From the human T2T-CHM13v2.0 reference genome, Homo sapiens, in assembly GCF_009914755.1 (NCBI RefSeq), contig NC_060929.1: 64,000 bases of DNA. One strand, given 5' to 3'. Position numbers and translations under genes: made by a program. Below are positions 1 through 14,902 of the stretch, piece after piece; positions within the stretch are counted from its first letter, which is position 1; every line of letters begins with the position of its first letter. A model generated the notes under the pieces. The model did not search any database, was not told the origin of the DNA, and saw only the letters and a list, made by a program, of their open reading frames with translations.

Positions 1-201
1 TGTGCTTTATAAATACAGTGATTTTTATAAATTACAGTGGTTTAAAAATCCAGCTAATTTTGGATGCTTTTTCAGAGCAGTATAAACACTCAAAATATCT
101 AACTGATATTTTTCCTTCCTAACAATGGATCCAATGGCAGACTGAATGAATATATCCTCAGATTTATTTTTCTTTTAAAAAGAATCTCATTATTCATACT
201 T

Positions 202-310
202 TATATATATATATGTGTGTGTGTGTGTATATACATATGTATATATACATATATAAAAACCAGTCACATTATATATAATATGTGTAATAATTATTTTATA
301 TATGTATGTA
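202..310. repeat. (TA)n/(TG)n compound microsatellite, AT-rich low complexity
   Basis: tatatatat...gtgtgtgtgt...atacatat runs seen directly. Confidence 0.85.
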
Positions 311-987
311 TTCCTCCTAGGTATTGACTTCTGAACCTTAGCTAATTTGCAATGATGAATTACATTTTTCTTAGAAGTCAATAGGAATTCCTGAGCATAA
401 ATGCTAAATTTTCATGTTTTGCCCACAGCTATAAAATGTATAAAATGTAATTTAAAACTCAATTTTGTATGGCTTTATGTTGTGTCCTTAGAATAAGCGT
501 AGATTTTTGAAAATTTCTATTATTATAAAACATAAAGAAAGTAGGTATATGGAATGATAGGTAATTCTGCAGAAGAGATTAACCAATAAATAAGGTGCCA
601 ACTTTTCCTTTCCAGGGATAATAGTGTTATTCACTCTTTGTTTAGTTAAAATGTTTTAAATAAATGTGTATCCCTATTGGAGTCCTGAAAGACCTGAGCT
701 TAATTTGAGCCTATCCATCTAACACTTCATTACCTAATGTCCAGTTTTGCTATCAATTTATTCTGTTCCAGTGTTGCCTTCCTTGGAAAATCAGGAGCTT
801 CCCGAGTATACGAAGTTGGTCTTACATTACTATTTTACTTTCATAGCACTTAACATTGAATCTTGGATATAGAATATGCTTAGTAGTTTTTCTGTGAGTT
901 GGTGTAATTCCATCTTGAATTCTTCACAAAGTATTCTGTACAGTGAGTTGTATTTTCTATATTTTGAATATGACCCATGTTTTACAC

Positions 988-1183
988 AAAGGGTCCACAA
1001 ACTATAGCTTAAGCTTGGCTACCCCCTGGTTTTGTAAATAAACTGATTGGAGCACAGCCATACCCATTTATGTATGTGTTGTCTACAACTGCTTCTGTAC
1101 TACTATGGCAGAGCTGAGCAGTTCCACCAAGCCGAAGTATTTACTATCTAGCACTTGTAGAATTACAGAATTGCTGACCCCTG
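988..1183 (+). mobile_element. MER58A-like hAT-Charlie MITE
   Basis: Ends aaagggtccacaaact ... ttgctgacccctg resemble the TIRs; the internal 'ttttgtaaataaa..ttggagcacagccatacccatt..tatttactatct' matches the recalled MER58A consensus. Confidence 0.8.
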
Positions 1184-2070
1184 TGCTAGATGCTTATCTT
1201 TGATGAAAAATATAAATACTTAGGGTCTGAATCATTTAGTTTTTTATCTTCCCTAAAAGTAAGTTAGATGATGATATTTCTGGAAGCTGAACATTTTAAT
1301 GACAAATTTCCAGTAAGCATAAGTATCAAAAAGAAAAAAAAAATGGAGAATGTGTGCTGTTTCTTGCTACAACTACTGTATTTCTGGTTGAAGGTAGAAC
1401 TCACCCCCAAAATGCAATTTGCTTTCTTTGCCAGGATAAACCTTCATTAAAGCCAAAATTCAGTTTAAATTAAAAGATTGAAACAGTCACATTATATTAG
1501 AGAAAATCTACAGCTACCTTAAAATAGCATTGAATGGGCTGGTTGTTGTAAGCTGCTCTCTGAGGCTGCCAGTCTACTAAAGTGTATTCATAAAACACAC
1601 TAAGCTGGCCGAAATAGTGATTTTCTTAGTGATCTTAAGAACACAGTTATTTCATTGTTATGTTGATTTTACAAAAGAATGTTCATGGTGAAAAGATAAA
1701 GAGCATCCCCTTCTTTGGTACTTTAAGATAATGATTATTTTATAAAAAATTAACAAACCTCTTTGTTATCGTTTCAGATGGAAATAATGATGTGTAATTC
1801 ATCTTTGCAGCTTAGCTAGGGTTCTATTTAATGTCATTTTTGGACCCAGGAGAAACACCATTAAGCAGTTAAAATAAGAAATTATTTTATTTGAATATTT
1901 TTAAAAGCAATAAATCAATTTGATGCTCAGTGGGTATCGACATATCAATATTTAGTTTCATTTTTAGACTACTTTTTGGTGTGTTTTATACCATAATGGT
2001 TGTCAGTAGGTGTTTAGATGAGGAAATATGCTTTTCTTGTATGATTGAGAAGACAAAAATGAATTTCTAC

Positions 2071-2240
2071 TTATTGATTTACAGACATGGGTCTTGCTAT
2101 GTTGCTCAGGTTGCAGTGCAGTGACTATTTACAAGTGCAGTCATTGCCCACTCAAACCTCAAACTCCTGGGCACAAGCAATCCTCCTGCCTTGGCCTCCT
2201 GAGCAACTGAGACTACCGGTACATGCCACCATACCTAGCT
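2071..2240 (-). mobile_element. FAM-type fossil Alu monomer (7SL-derived SINE)
   Basis: gggtcttgctatgttgctcagg..gtgcagtgactatttacaag matches the reverse complement of FAM 'GTGAATAGCCACTGCAC..GAGCAACATAGCGAGAC'; single monomer. Confidence 0.75.
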
Positions 2241-2354
2241 TAGGGTTTATCTTTATTATAATAGCTAACAATTAGATAATAGTGCTAAGGTTGGATAATT
2301 AAAGGATATATCAACATTTCATGATGCACTAAGAAAGAATAACTGTCACACGTT

Positions 2355-2540
2355 GGGCATTTATAATATGTTGGCATTGTACTAAGCACCTTCTATGGAT
2401 TATTTCTGGTATAACAACACTTGGATATAGTGATTAATACCCCCATTCTACAGATGAAATTTAAAGATGCTAAGTAGTTTGCTAAAATTCATGCAACTAG
2501 CAAGTTACAGAGCTGGACCAGGTACCTCTGCCTGACCATA
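2355..2540 (-). mobile_element. MIR SINE relic
   Basis: MIR core 'ccccattctacagatgaaa...aagtagtttgctaaaattcatgcaactagcaagt..cagagctgg'. Confidence 0.65.
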
Positions 2541-2714
2541 TGGTGTTAGTTACTTATTTCCGTAGCTTTATGCAGGCGTAGAGTATGAGAGAATTCCTTC
2601 CTATTGTTAAATGGGTCTGGGAAGAGTCACATCCTGGGAGAAAGTAGTAGAATAGCAATACTAAGAGGAGAGTTGGTGGAGCAGGTGGTTATAGTACTTC
2701 GAGTTCTCATTCTA

Positions 2715-2905
2715 GCAGCTAACTTCTATTGAGAATCTTCTATTGTCTGCATATTTACATTTCACATTTATCTCATACATTGATTTTTTAATAATTATTT
2801 GAGGTGTGCACCATTATTTACCCCATTCTATAGATAAGGATCCTGAGAGCTTATCTAAAGAAGTTAAGTACCTCACACAAGGTCCAACAGCTATTATAAT
2901 TGGCA
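2715..2905 (-). mobile_element. MIR SINE relic
   Basis: 'ccccattctatagataagga..ctgag..gaagttaagtacctcacacaaggtccaacagct'. Confidence 0.6.
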
Positions 2906-3506
2906 TAGACAGTATTAACACCGGCATCTTCCTGTTGCCAATTTTTTGGCATGTAACCATTATGTTCTGTGACTTCCTGAAATTCAAGAATGTAAATTAG
3001 AAATCTATAAAGACCATGTGCACGAGGTTTAAGTTGGGTGAGATTTCATGTAATCTCAGTAGCATATAGAATTTGGAGATTCATTTTTTAGGTAGACGTA
3101 GGAGAAGGGTTAGCTAAATTCTTCTTTGGTATATATGCAAGTAGGCAGAAAAAGATCATGATATTTTTGAAAAATATTTATATGAATACTTCAGTTGGTG
3201 GCATCATCTTTGTGTGCTAGCTTCATGGAAGAGTTATGATTATCACTCAGGCCAGCTTCTCATCCTTGACACTCAGGCTCACTGCTTAATTCAGAGAAAA
3301 TTTTATCTTATAAGAGACTAAGAAATCTTTATCTTATTCATTAAAATATTTTATAAAGCACAGTATGTACTCATTATAAAATTTAGATCAAGGAAACAAA
3401 TAAAATCACCAACACTTAAATTCCCAATTAACCAGTGATACCCAAGAATAACATCTTGTTCTTTATAGACATTTTCCTATGCATATTTTCCAAAGTGTGT
3501 GCATGC

Positions 3507-3525
3507 TTCTCTCTCTCTCTCAATT

Positions 3526-3581
<56 letters not shown>
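3507..3581. repeat. (CT)n(GT)n microsatellite
   Basis: Seen directly. Confidence 0.95.
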
Positions 3582-3584
<3 letters not shown>

Positions 3585-6500
3585 AGATAAAATTTGACAA
3601 TATTAACAGAGGCTTACTAGTGTTGTCTGCAGTCTTCTTCCTTTCAGCTATGCAACCAAGAATGGCCTTAATTGCCTCAAAAGAGATTTATTTGCCCTAG
3701 GGGAGGTATTACCAACTAGAATGTAGAAGAACAAAGAAGTTGGTTTACTGTAAGACAAGGTAATTTTTAATTTAAAAAAGTAGAATATTTGAGAGGAAGA
3801 TACTTTTTAGTGAAAAAGTTAAATGTTGTATACCAAGGAAAAAGCCCATAATTTCTTCGTGTATTCCATACATAATAGAACTTAGAAGAAAGCCTGATAA
3901 TTTAAGAACAATGTCCTGTTCCACAGGAGATGAAGGCATCAGCTGTAGGAAGAAGCAGAGATGATGATGGCTCCCTGAGTAGAGACCCAGCAACCCACCA
4001 TTCAAGCTGAGTACTGTGGGGGAAGGTACCCAGAATGAAAGGGTTGGGGAGAGATCCCAAAATGACAGAGAAACCATTCTCTAGCTTTCCTTTGTGAAAC
4101 TAGTGAAACCTGAAAGTCTTGCGCAGAATCTGAATCTCTGCATCCAATGTGGTAATTAGTAGCAATGGTTTAAGAGGTGTCTTATCAGTGGACCTGAAAG
4201 CTACAAGAGCCCTTTGCTCTTCCCCCTTGATGTGGGAGGGAGTCCAAGAGTATCATGTGTCTCCAAGAGGGATTTGGATATGGCTGGGATCCACAAGGCA
4301 ATCCTGGGTAAGCCTCCTGCTAAGAAGGAGGCGGAAGGAGAATAGCCTACATAGACTTGGCACGTAAAAGCAAACAGTGATGAGGCAAGGAAATGTGATT
4401 ACTGGAGTCTGGTGTAGATATTAGTGCATGTCAGTAGAAGCCAGCCTGGACAAATACCCTTCCACATGGCCCAGACACCTCCCTCTAATGCCAGGATGAC
4501 ATAGAAGAGCCCCAAGAACTTAGGTCAGTCATCGGAAGAAGAAAAGGTAAAGAGGGAATGTGGATTAGCAGGATGAGGAAAGGCTAGATTTTAGAATTCT
4601 CAAGTAATTGAATATGTACCCCTCAGTAAATGAATTTTAAGTTTGAAATAACTGAGTTTAACATGAATTGGCAAATTTAATTTTTCCACTAGAGAGGAAA
4701 TAAGAAATTTAAAAATTTATATTTTCACATAATCTTAGCTTTTGACTCTGAAATTTGTAACTACTATGTAATCAATCTTACATGAAAGGAATCTTACATG
4801 AAAAGCTTTGTTCTTTTTTCTTTGTTTTAATCAAACAATATGTAGTAGCTATTTCTTTATGAGAGGACCTATAGATGTTCAACATCCTTCTTAATGAGTG
4901 TGCAGTACTCATTGTATATTTGTCTAAAAAGTCTCCAAGGTAGAACATTTGATTTGTTCGTATGCATCATTTACCCTTAATACAATTCCAAGAATTCTCC
5001 TTGCAGTTGCAAAGAGGGTAGTTTTTATAATTATTTAGTTAGACTATAATTTTCTACATTTGTTTTACTTTAAATAGGCTAAATTTTTATAGTTTGAGAA
5101 ACCTTTCACAGATTGAATGTTATGACTAGAACTTTTCTTATTGTTTAACCATAATATCTGAATATTTTTCATGTATTTTATTTTAGTAGATATTCATTTT
5201 AGCAGATGCCAAATAGGTTCACCTATGTTATTTTCCCCATAGTTCCCTATTTTCTAAAACAAAACATAATGAGAAATGGAATTCTGCTGTGTAACTCTGT
5301 TATAAGCCCTCAAAGAAAAATTCTTATTCCTTTAATTTATATTATCTTATTTTAGTATTGTTATTATATTAGTTAGTACAAATAAGACTTACCTAGAATT
5401 TAAAACATGTAAGGAAAACAAGAAATGTTTTATACATGATATGAACAGAGTATGATTGTGCTAACTTAGAGAAAAGAGGCTGCAGTGCTTGTACAGATAA
5501 TTCACATATTAAAGTTTGGCAGATTTCATAAAATAGGAACATGGTATATATTATTACATATAATATATTTTACTTTATATGAATCTCAATGTTATATAAT
5601 ATGTAATGTTATATACTATTACTTTTTAATTTTATTTTTAATTGACATATAATAATTATATATATTTATGAGACACAATGTGATGTTTAGATATAATTAA
5701 TTTCTTTGTGGTAAGAACATTGAAGATCTCTTTTAGGTATTTTGAAATATACAATACATTCATATTAACAATAGTCACCTTGCCAAGCAATATAACACCA
5801 GAACTTATTTCATCTATTTAATTATAACTTTGTACCCGTTGATCAACATCTTGCTTTCCCTATTTACCCACCCCCTAGCCTCTGGGTAACCACTACTCTA
5901 TTCTCTACTTTTATCAGTTTTTAGATTTTACATATAACTGAGACCATATATTTGTCTCTCTGTGCCTGGCTTATTTTACTTAACATAATATCCTCTAGTT
6001 TCATCCACTTTGTCAAAATGACAGAATTTCCTATTTTGTTAAGGCTGAATAATATTTCATTGTGTATATATACCAAATATTTTAAATTCATTTATCCATT
6101 GATGGACATAGCTTGTTTCCATATCTCAGCTATTGTGAATAATGAGGCAATGAACATGGCAATGAAGATGTCTCCTTTGGCATACTGATTTTAATTCTTT
6201 TGGGTTATACCCAGTAGTGGGATTAGTGAATTATATGATAATTCTTTTTTTTTGAGGAGCCTCCATACTGTTTTCTAAAGTGGCTGTGCTAATTTACAGT
6301 GCCACCAACAGTATATGAATTTCCTTTCCTCCATATTCTTGCCAACACTTATCTTTCATCTTTCTGATTATGGCCAATTTAACAGGTGTAAGGTGATGCT
6401 CATTGTGGTTTTAATTTGCGTTTCTCAGGTGATTAAAGATGTTGAGCGCTTAAAAATATATCTGTTGGCCATTTCTGTGTCTTCTGTGAGAAACATCTAT

Positions 6501-9314
6501 TCAAGTCCTTTGCCCATTTTAAAATAAGGTTATTTATTTTCTTGTTATTCAATAGTTTGAGTTCCTTGTATATTTTAGATATTAGCCCCTTATCCAGTGT
6601 ATTACTTGCAAATATTTTCTCTCCATCTGTGTCTTGTCTTTTCATGCTACTGTTTTCCTTACTATGCAGAAGCTTTTGAGTTTGATGCAATCCCATTTGT
6701 CTACTTTTGCTTTGGTTTCCTGTGCTTTTGGGTTCATATCTAAGAAATCTCTCCCCAGATTAATGTCATGAGACTTTTCCCACTATGTTTCTGTCCAGTA
6801 GTTTTGTAGTTTCAGATCTTATGTTTAAGTCTTTAATTCATTTTGAACAGATTCTTGTTTAAGGACTGAGATAAGGTTCATTTTCATTGTTTTGTTTATG
6901 GATATCCAGTTTTCCCAATATCATTTATTGATGAGACTGTTCTCTCCCTATTGTGTGTTCTTGGTAGCTTTGTTGAAAATCAATTGACAATAGATGTATG
7001 AGTTTATTTCTAGACATTATATCTCATTCCACTGACTGATATATGTTTTTATGCCAGTACCATGTGTATTTATTATTATAGCTTTGTAATATATTTTGAA
7101 ATCCAGTAGTGTGATGCCTCCAGCCTTGTTCTTTTTAGTCAAGATGACTTTGAATATTTGGGGTCTTTTGTGGTTCCATAGGAAGTTTAGAATTAAAAAT
7201 TTCTGTAAAGAATGCTATTAGAATTTTGATAAGGATTGCATGGAAGCTGTAGGTTGCTTTGGGAAGTATGAACATTTTAACAATATTAATTCTTCCAATC
7301 CATGAACATAAAATATCTTTGCATGTATTTGTGTCCTCTTCAATTTCTCTCATTGCTGTTTTATAATTTTCAGTACACAGATCTTTCTTCTCTTTGGTTA
7401 AATTTACTCCTAAGTATTTTTATGCTCTTGTAAATGAGGTTGTTTTCTTAATTTCTTTTTAAGACAGCTTGTTGTTAGTATGTAGAAATGCCACTATTTT
7501 TTGTAAGTTGATTTTGTATCCTGCAACATTACTGTGTTCCTTTATTAGTTCTAACTGTTTTTTGGTTGAATCTTTTGGATTTTCAATATATAAGGTCATA
7601 TTGTCAGCAACAGTAATAATTTCACTTCTTCATTTCCTATTTGGATGCCTTTTGTTTGTTTCTCTTACCTAATTGCTCTGGCTGGCACCTCCAGTACTGT
7701 GATGAACAGAAGTGGTGAACATGGGCATCCTTGTCATGTTCCTGATCTTAGAAAAAAAGCCATTAACTTTTCATCATTGAGTATAATGTTAGTTGTGGAC
7801 TTGTCATATATGACCTTAATTGTGTTGAGGAACTTTCTTTTATACCAAATTTGTTGAGAAAGTTTATTATAATATGATGTTAAATTAAAAAAATGCTTTT
7901 CCTTCACCTATTGAGATGATCATATTGTTTTTGTCCATTCTATTAATATGGTGAAACACATTTATTGATTTGCATATGTTGAAGCAACCTTGCATTCCAG
8001 GGATAAATCCCACTTGATCATGATAAATGATCCTTTTATGATACTGTTGAATACAGTTTGCTAGTATTTTGTCGAGGATTTTTGCTTCTATGTTCTTCAG
8101 TGATACTGACCTGTGACTTTCTTTTCCTGTAATGTCTTTGTCTAGCTTTGGTATTAGGGTAATTTTGGCCTTGTAAGATGAGGTTGGAATTATCTCCTCA
8201 TCTTTAATATTTCAGAGCAGTTCGAGAAGGATTAGTATTGTTTTTTCTTTAAATGTTGGCTAGAATTCAGCTGTGAAGCCATCACATTCTAAGCTTTTCT
8301 TTGATCAGAGACTTTTAATTACCAGTTTAATTTCCTCACTTTTTATTGGTCTGTTCAGATCTCCAATTTCTTCTTCATTTGGTCTTAATAGGCTATATGT
8401 TTTTAGGAATTTATCCATTTCTCTGAGTTGTCCAATTTGTTAGTTTATAATTGTTCATAATAATTTCAAATGATTCTTTATATTTCTGTGATGTCAGTTA
8501 TAATGTCTCCTCTTTCATTTCTCATTATATGTATTTGAATCTTCTCTCTTTTTTCTTAGTCTAGCTAAAGGTTTTTCAATTTAGTTTATCTTTTCAAAAG
8601 ATAAACTCTTAGTTTTATTAATCTTTTGTATTGTTTTACCAGTCACTATTACATTTACTTATGTTCTGATCCTTGGGGCCTAGTTTGTTTCCATTTTTCC
8701 TTGATGAATAACATTAGGTTTTTTATTAAATATCTTCTTTTTTTTTGATGTAGGTGTTTATTGCTATAAATTTGCCTCTTAGCAGTGCTTTCACTGCATC
8801 TCATAAGTTTTGGTATGTTATATTTCCATTTTCATTTGTCTAAGATATTTTTAAATTTTCCTTTAATTATTTCTTCTTTGAACCAACAGTTGTTCAGGAG
8901 ACTATTGTTTAATATTCACGTTTATTGTTTATTCATCAGTTCCCCTCTTATTGATTTCTAGTTTTATACTACTATTGTCAGAAAAAAAATACTTGAAATG
9001 ATTGCAATATAAAATTTGTTCAGACTTGTTTTGTGGCTTCACATATGATCTAACCTGGAGAATGTTCTGTGTGTACTTGAGAAGAATGTGAATTCTGTTG
9101 CTGTTGGGTAGAATGTTCTGTATATGTCCATTAGGTCCATTTGATCTAAAATGTAGTTTAATTCAAATGGGTGCTTATTGATTTTTTGCCTGGATGATCT
9201 TTTCAATGTTGAAAGCAAGGTACTAGCATACTCTACTATTACTGTGTTACAGTATGTATCTTCCTTCAGATCTCTTAATGTTTGCTTTATATTTAGGTGA
9301 TTTGATGCTTGGCA

Positions 9315-9398
9315 CATATATATATTTATATATAATATAATATAATATATAATTTATATATAAAATATAATATATATTATATATAAATATATATATTT
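9315..9398. repeat. (TA)n-rich expansion inside L1MA
   Basis: Seen directly. Confidence 0.85.
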
Positions 9399-9624
9399 AC
9401 AATTCTTATATCTTCTTGATGGATTGACCCATTTATCACTGTTTAATAATCTTTGTCTCTTTTTACACTTTTGTCCTAAAATCTATTTTGTCTCAATTAA
9501 GTATAGTTACCTTTGCACTCTTGCTCTCTTTTTGTTTCCATTTCATGAAATGCCTTTTTCAATCCTTTCTCTTTCAATCTATGAGAATTCTTAAGGTGAT
9601 GTGAGTCTCTTTTAAGAGCATATA

Positions 9625-12065
9625 GAGTCATGCATTGGAGATACTGAGGATTTTGATCAGACCATTGCAATAAGGTGAATGTTGCAATAAAGTAAGTCAC
9701 AAAATATTTTTGTTTCCCAGTACATATCAAAATTATGTTTATACTATACTGCAGTGTAGTAAGTGTGCAATAGCACTATGTGTAAAAAAGTACATATATT
9801 AACTAAAAATACTTTATTGCTAAAAATTGCTAACAATGACCTGAGCCTTCAGTGAGTCATAATCGTTTCACTGGTGGAGAGTGATGCCTCAATATTGATG
9901 ACAGCTGACTGATCAGGTTGGTGGTTGCTGAAGGTTAGGGTGGCCATAGCAATTTCTTAAAGTAAGACAACAATAAAATTTGCTGCATGGATTTACTCTT
10001 CTCTTCACAAAAAATTTTCCTGTAATGTGCAATGCTGTTTGATAGTATTTTACCCACCATAGAACTTTTTGCAAAATTGGAGTCAATTCTCCCAAACTCT
10101 GCCACTGCTTTATCAACGAAGTTGATGTACATTCTAAATCATTTGTTTTCATTTTGACAATGTTAACAGCATCTTAACAAAGAGTAGATTTCATGAAGAA
10201 ACCACATTCTTTGCTCATACATAAGAAGCAGTTTCTAATCTGTTCAAGTTTTATCATGATACTGCAGCAATTTATTTACATATTCAGTCTTCACTGCTAA
10301 TTCTAGTTCTCTTGCTATTTCCACAACTCATGCAGTTACTTCCTCCACTGGAGTCTGGAACCCCTCAAAGTCATTCAGTGATGTTTGGAAATTTTTTCCA
10401 AACCTTTTCCCAAATTCTGTTAATGTTGATATTTCACCCTTCTTCCATTAATCAAGAATATTTTTAATGACATATAGAATGGTGAATCTTTTTCCAGAAA
10501 ACTTTCAATTTACTTTACTTGCATCCATCAGGGCAGTTACTATCTATGGCAGCTATAGTCTTATAAGCTGTATTTCTTAAATAACAAGACTTGAAGGTCA
10601 AAATAATAAGGCTTGAAAGTTAGGCTTGATAGAAGTCTTCTGTCTTGATTCACAGGCAACAGAATGGATGTTGTGTTAGGAGACATGAAAACAACATTAA
10701 TATCCTTATACATCTCCATCTGGGTGACCAGGTGCATTGTCAATGAGCAGTAATATTTTAAATGAAATAGTTTTCACCTTGAGCAGGTCTCAAGAATGTG
10801 CTTAAAGTATTTAGTAAACCATGCTATAAATAAAAGTGCTGTCATCTAGGCTTGGTTCTTCCATTTCTGGAGGACTGACAGAGTAGATTTGGCATAATTC
10901 TTAAGGGCCTTAGGATTTTTGGAATGGTCAGTGAACATCGGCTTTAATTTAAAGTCACCAGCTGCAATAGCTCCTCACAAGAGAGTCAGCCTGTCCTTTG
11001 AAACTGTGAAAACAGGCTGACTTCTCTTCTCTAACTATAAAAATCCTATATGTCATTTTCTTCCAATATAAGGCTGTTTATCTACCTAGACCTTGAAAAT
11101 TTGTTGTTTAGTGTAGTCACCTTTATCAATGACATTAACTAGATTTTGTGGATAACTTGCTGCAGCTTCTATATCAGCACTTGCTGCTTCACCTTGCACT
11201 TTTATGTTATGGACATGGCTTCTTTCCATAAACCTCATGAACCAGCCTCTGCTAGTTTCAAACTTTTTCTTGCATCTTCCTCACCTCTCTCAGCCTTCAT
11301 GTAATTAAATAGAGTTAAAGCCTTGCTCTAGATTAAGCTTTGGTTTAAAAGAATGTTGTGACTGGTTTGATCTTCCATATACACTACTATAATTTTCTTC
11401 ATATCAGCAAAAAGACTGTTTTGCTTTCTTATCATTAATGTGTTCACTCACATAGCATTTTTAATTTTCTTCAAAAACTTTTTATTTCCTTTCACAACTT
11501 GGCTATCCATTTGGTGTGAGGGGCCTGGCTTTGGCCTGTCTTGGCTTTTGATATGCTATCTTTAGTAAGGTTATTTCTAGCTTTTGATTTAAAGTGAGAG
11601 ATGTGTGACTCTTCACTTGAGCACCTAGAGGTTATTATAGAGTTTTTATTTGCCTTAATCTCAATATTGTTGTGTCTCAGGGAATAGGGAAGTCCCAGGA
11701 GGGGGAGGGGCAGGTCATGGCCAGTTAGTGGAGCAGTCAGAATACACACCACACTTATCGATTAAGTTTACTATCTTGTATGGTCATGGTTTGTGGCACC
11801 TCAAAACAATTACAATAGTAACATCAAAATCACTGATCAGAGATCACCATAACAGATATAATAAAATGAAAAGTTTGAAATATAGCAAACATTACGAAAT
11901 ATGACAGAGACATGAAGTGAGCAAATGCTGTTGGAATATTGGTATTAATAGACTTATTTGATGCAGGGTTGCCACAAACATTCAATTAAAAAAAATAGAA
12001 CCCCCAAAACTTACAATGTATTAGAAGCAAAATAAAGTGATATGCAATAAAATGAGGTAAGATTT
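9625..12065 (-). mobile_element. Full-length Tigger1 (TcMar-Tigger DNA transposon) with a decayed transposase
   Basis: ~2.44 kb; degenerate TIRs (gagtcatgcattggag.. / ..caataaaatgaggtaagattt) flanked by TA at 9623-9624 and 12066-12067; ORF 9935-10132 [36 protein letters not shown] matches the Tigger1 transposase C-terminus. Confidence 0.92.
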
Positions 12066-12068
12066 TAG

Positions 12069-12393
<325 letters not shown>

Positions 12394-12585
12394 GGGTCTT
12401 GTTTTTTATCCATTCAGACACTCTGCCTTTTTGTTAGCAAATGTAATCCATTTACATTTAAAGTAATTACTGATAAGCATGGACTTATTAGTGCTTGTTA
12501 TTTATTTTGGTCATTGTGTAAATCCATTCTGTCTTCCTTTCTTTGTGGTTTGATGGCTTTCCATCGTGATAGACTTTGGATTTTT

Positions 12586-14902
12586 ATTTTTAAAGAAAAA
12601 TTAAATTTTTTTTATATTTTCATTTTCTAAAAACATTTTATTTATTTATTTTTAATTTTACTTAAAGTTCTGGGATACATGTGCAGAATGTGCAGGTTTG
12701 TTACATAGGTATACATGTGCCGTGGTGATTTGCTGCACCTATGGACCCGTCATCTAGGTTTTAAGCTCCGCATTCATTAGGTATTTGTCCTAAATCTCTC
12801 CCTCCCCTTGCTCTGCACCCCACAACAGGACCCAGTGTGTGTTGTTCCCCTCCCTGTGTCCAGGTGTTCTCATTGTTCAATTCCCACTTATGAGTGAGAA
12901 CATGCGATGTTTGGTTTTCTGTTCCTGTGTTTGCTAAGGATGATAGCTTCTAGCTTCATCCATGTCCCGGCAAAGGACATTATCTCATTCTTTTTTATGG
13001 CTTCATAGTATTCCATTGTGTATATGTGCCACATTTTATTTATCCAGTCTATCATTGATGGCCATTTGGCTTGGTTGTAATCTATCACATAATCAGAACC
13101 AATGATAAAAACCACATGATTATCTCAATAGATGGAGAAAAGACCTTCGATAAAATTCAACAGCCCCTTATGTTAAAAACTCTCAATAAAGTACATATTG
13201 ATGGAACATATCTCAAAATAATAAGAGCTATTTATGACAGACCCATAGCCAATATCATACTGAATAGGCAAAAGCTGGAAGCATTCCCTTTGAAAACTGG
13301 CACAAGACAAGGATGCCCTCTCTCACCACTCCTATTCAACATAATATTGGAAGTTCCTGCCAGGGCAATCAGGCAAGAGAAAGAAATAAAGTGTAGTCAA
13401 ATAGGAAGAGAGGAAGTCAAATTGTATCCTGTTGCAGACAACATGATTCTATATTTAGAAAACCCCATTTTCTCAGCCCAAAAACTCCTTAAGCGATAAG
13501 CAACTTCAGCAAATTCTCAGGATACAAAATCAATGTGCAAAAATCACAAGCATTTCTATACACCATCAATAGACAAGCAGAGAGCCAAATCATAAATGAA
13601 CTCCCATTCACAATTGCTGCAAAGAGAATAAAATACGTAGGAATACAGCTTACAAGAGATGTGAAGGACCTCTTCAAGGAGAACTACAAACCACTGCTCA
13701 AGGAAATAAGAGAGGACCCAAACAAATGAACAAATATTCCACGCTCATGTATAGGAAGAATCAGTATCGTGAAAATGGCCATATTGCCCAGACTAATTTA
13801 TAGATTCAGTGCTATTCCCATCAAACTACCATTGATATTCTTCACAGAATTAGAAAAAAAAACTACTTTAAATTTCATATGGAACCAAAAACAGCCCATA
13901 GAGCCAAGACAATCCTAAGTAAAAAGAAAAAAGCTGGACACATCATGCTACCCAAAGGCAAACTATGATACTGGTACAAAACAGACATATAGACCAATGA
14001 ACAGAGACTTCAGAAATAACACCACACCTCTACAACCATCTGATTTTTGAACAATCTGACAAAAAGAAGCAATGGGAAAAGGATTCCCTGTTCAATAAAT
14101 GGTGCTAGGAAAACTGGCTAGTCATATGGAGAAAACTGAAACTGGACCCCTTCCTTACACCTTATACAAAAATTAAATCAAGATGGATTAAAAACTTAAA
14201 TGTAAAACCCAAAACCATAAAAACCCTAGAAGAAAACCTAGGCAATACCATTCAAGACATAGGCATGAGCAAAGATTTAATGATGAAAACACCAAAAGCA
14301 ATTGCAACAAAAGCCAAAATTGACAAATGGGATCTAATTAAACTAGAGAGCTTCTGCACAGCAGAAGAAACTATCATCAGAGTGAACAGGCAACCTACAG
14401 AATGGGAGAAAATTTTTGCAGTCTATCCATCTGACAAAGGGCTAATATCCAGAATCTATAAGGTACTTAAAAAATTTACGAGAAAAAAAAAGCAACCCCA
14501 TCAAAAAGTGGGCGAAGGGTATGAACAGCCACTTGTCAAAAAAAGACATTCATGTGGCCAAGAAACATGAAAAAAAGTTCATAATCTCTGATCATTAGAG
14601 AAATGCAAATGAAAACCACAATGATATGCCATCTCATGCCAGTCAGAATGGTGATTATTAAAAAGTCAGGAAACAACAGATGCTGGTGAGGCTGTGGAGA
14701 AACAGGAACACTTTTATACTGTTGGTGGGAATGTAAATTAGTTCTACCATTGTGGAAGACAGTGTAGCAATTCCTTGAGGATCTAGAACCAGAAATACCA
14801 TTTGACCCAGCAATACCAGTACTGGGTATATACCCAAAGGAATATAAATCATTCTACTACAGAGACACATGCACACATATATTTATTGCAGCACAATTTA
14901 CA
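12586..14902 (-). mobile_element. 5'-truncated L1PA8-like LINE-1 with 5' inversion (3' part on - at 12586-13076; inverted ORF2 part on + at 13077-14902)
   Basis: 17-bp TSD atagactttggattttt at 12569-12585 and 14903-14919; 3'UTR 'catctaggttttaagctccgcattcattagg'; RT peptide at 13071-13499 on +. Confidence 0.9.

Noticed and set aside
3635-3712. Possible exon ttcctttcAG|CTATGC..GGGGAG|gtatta
   Set aside because: Weak donor, unrecognised peptide and no supporting neighbouring exon.
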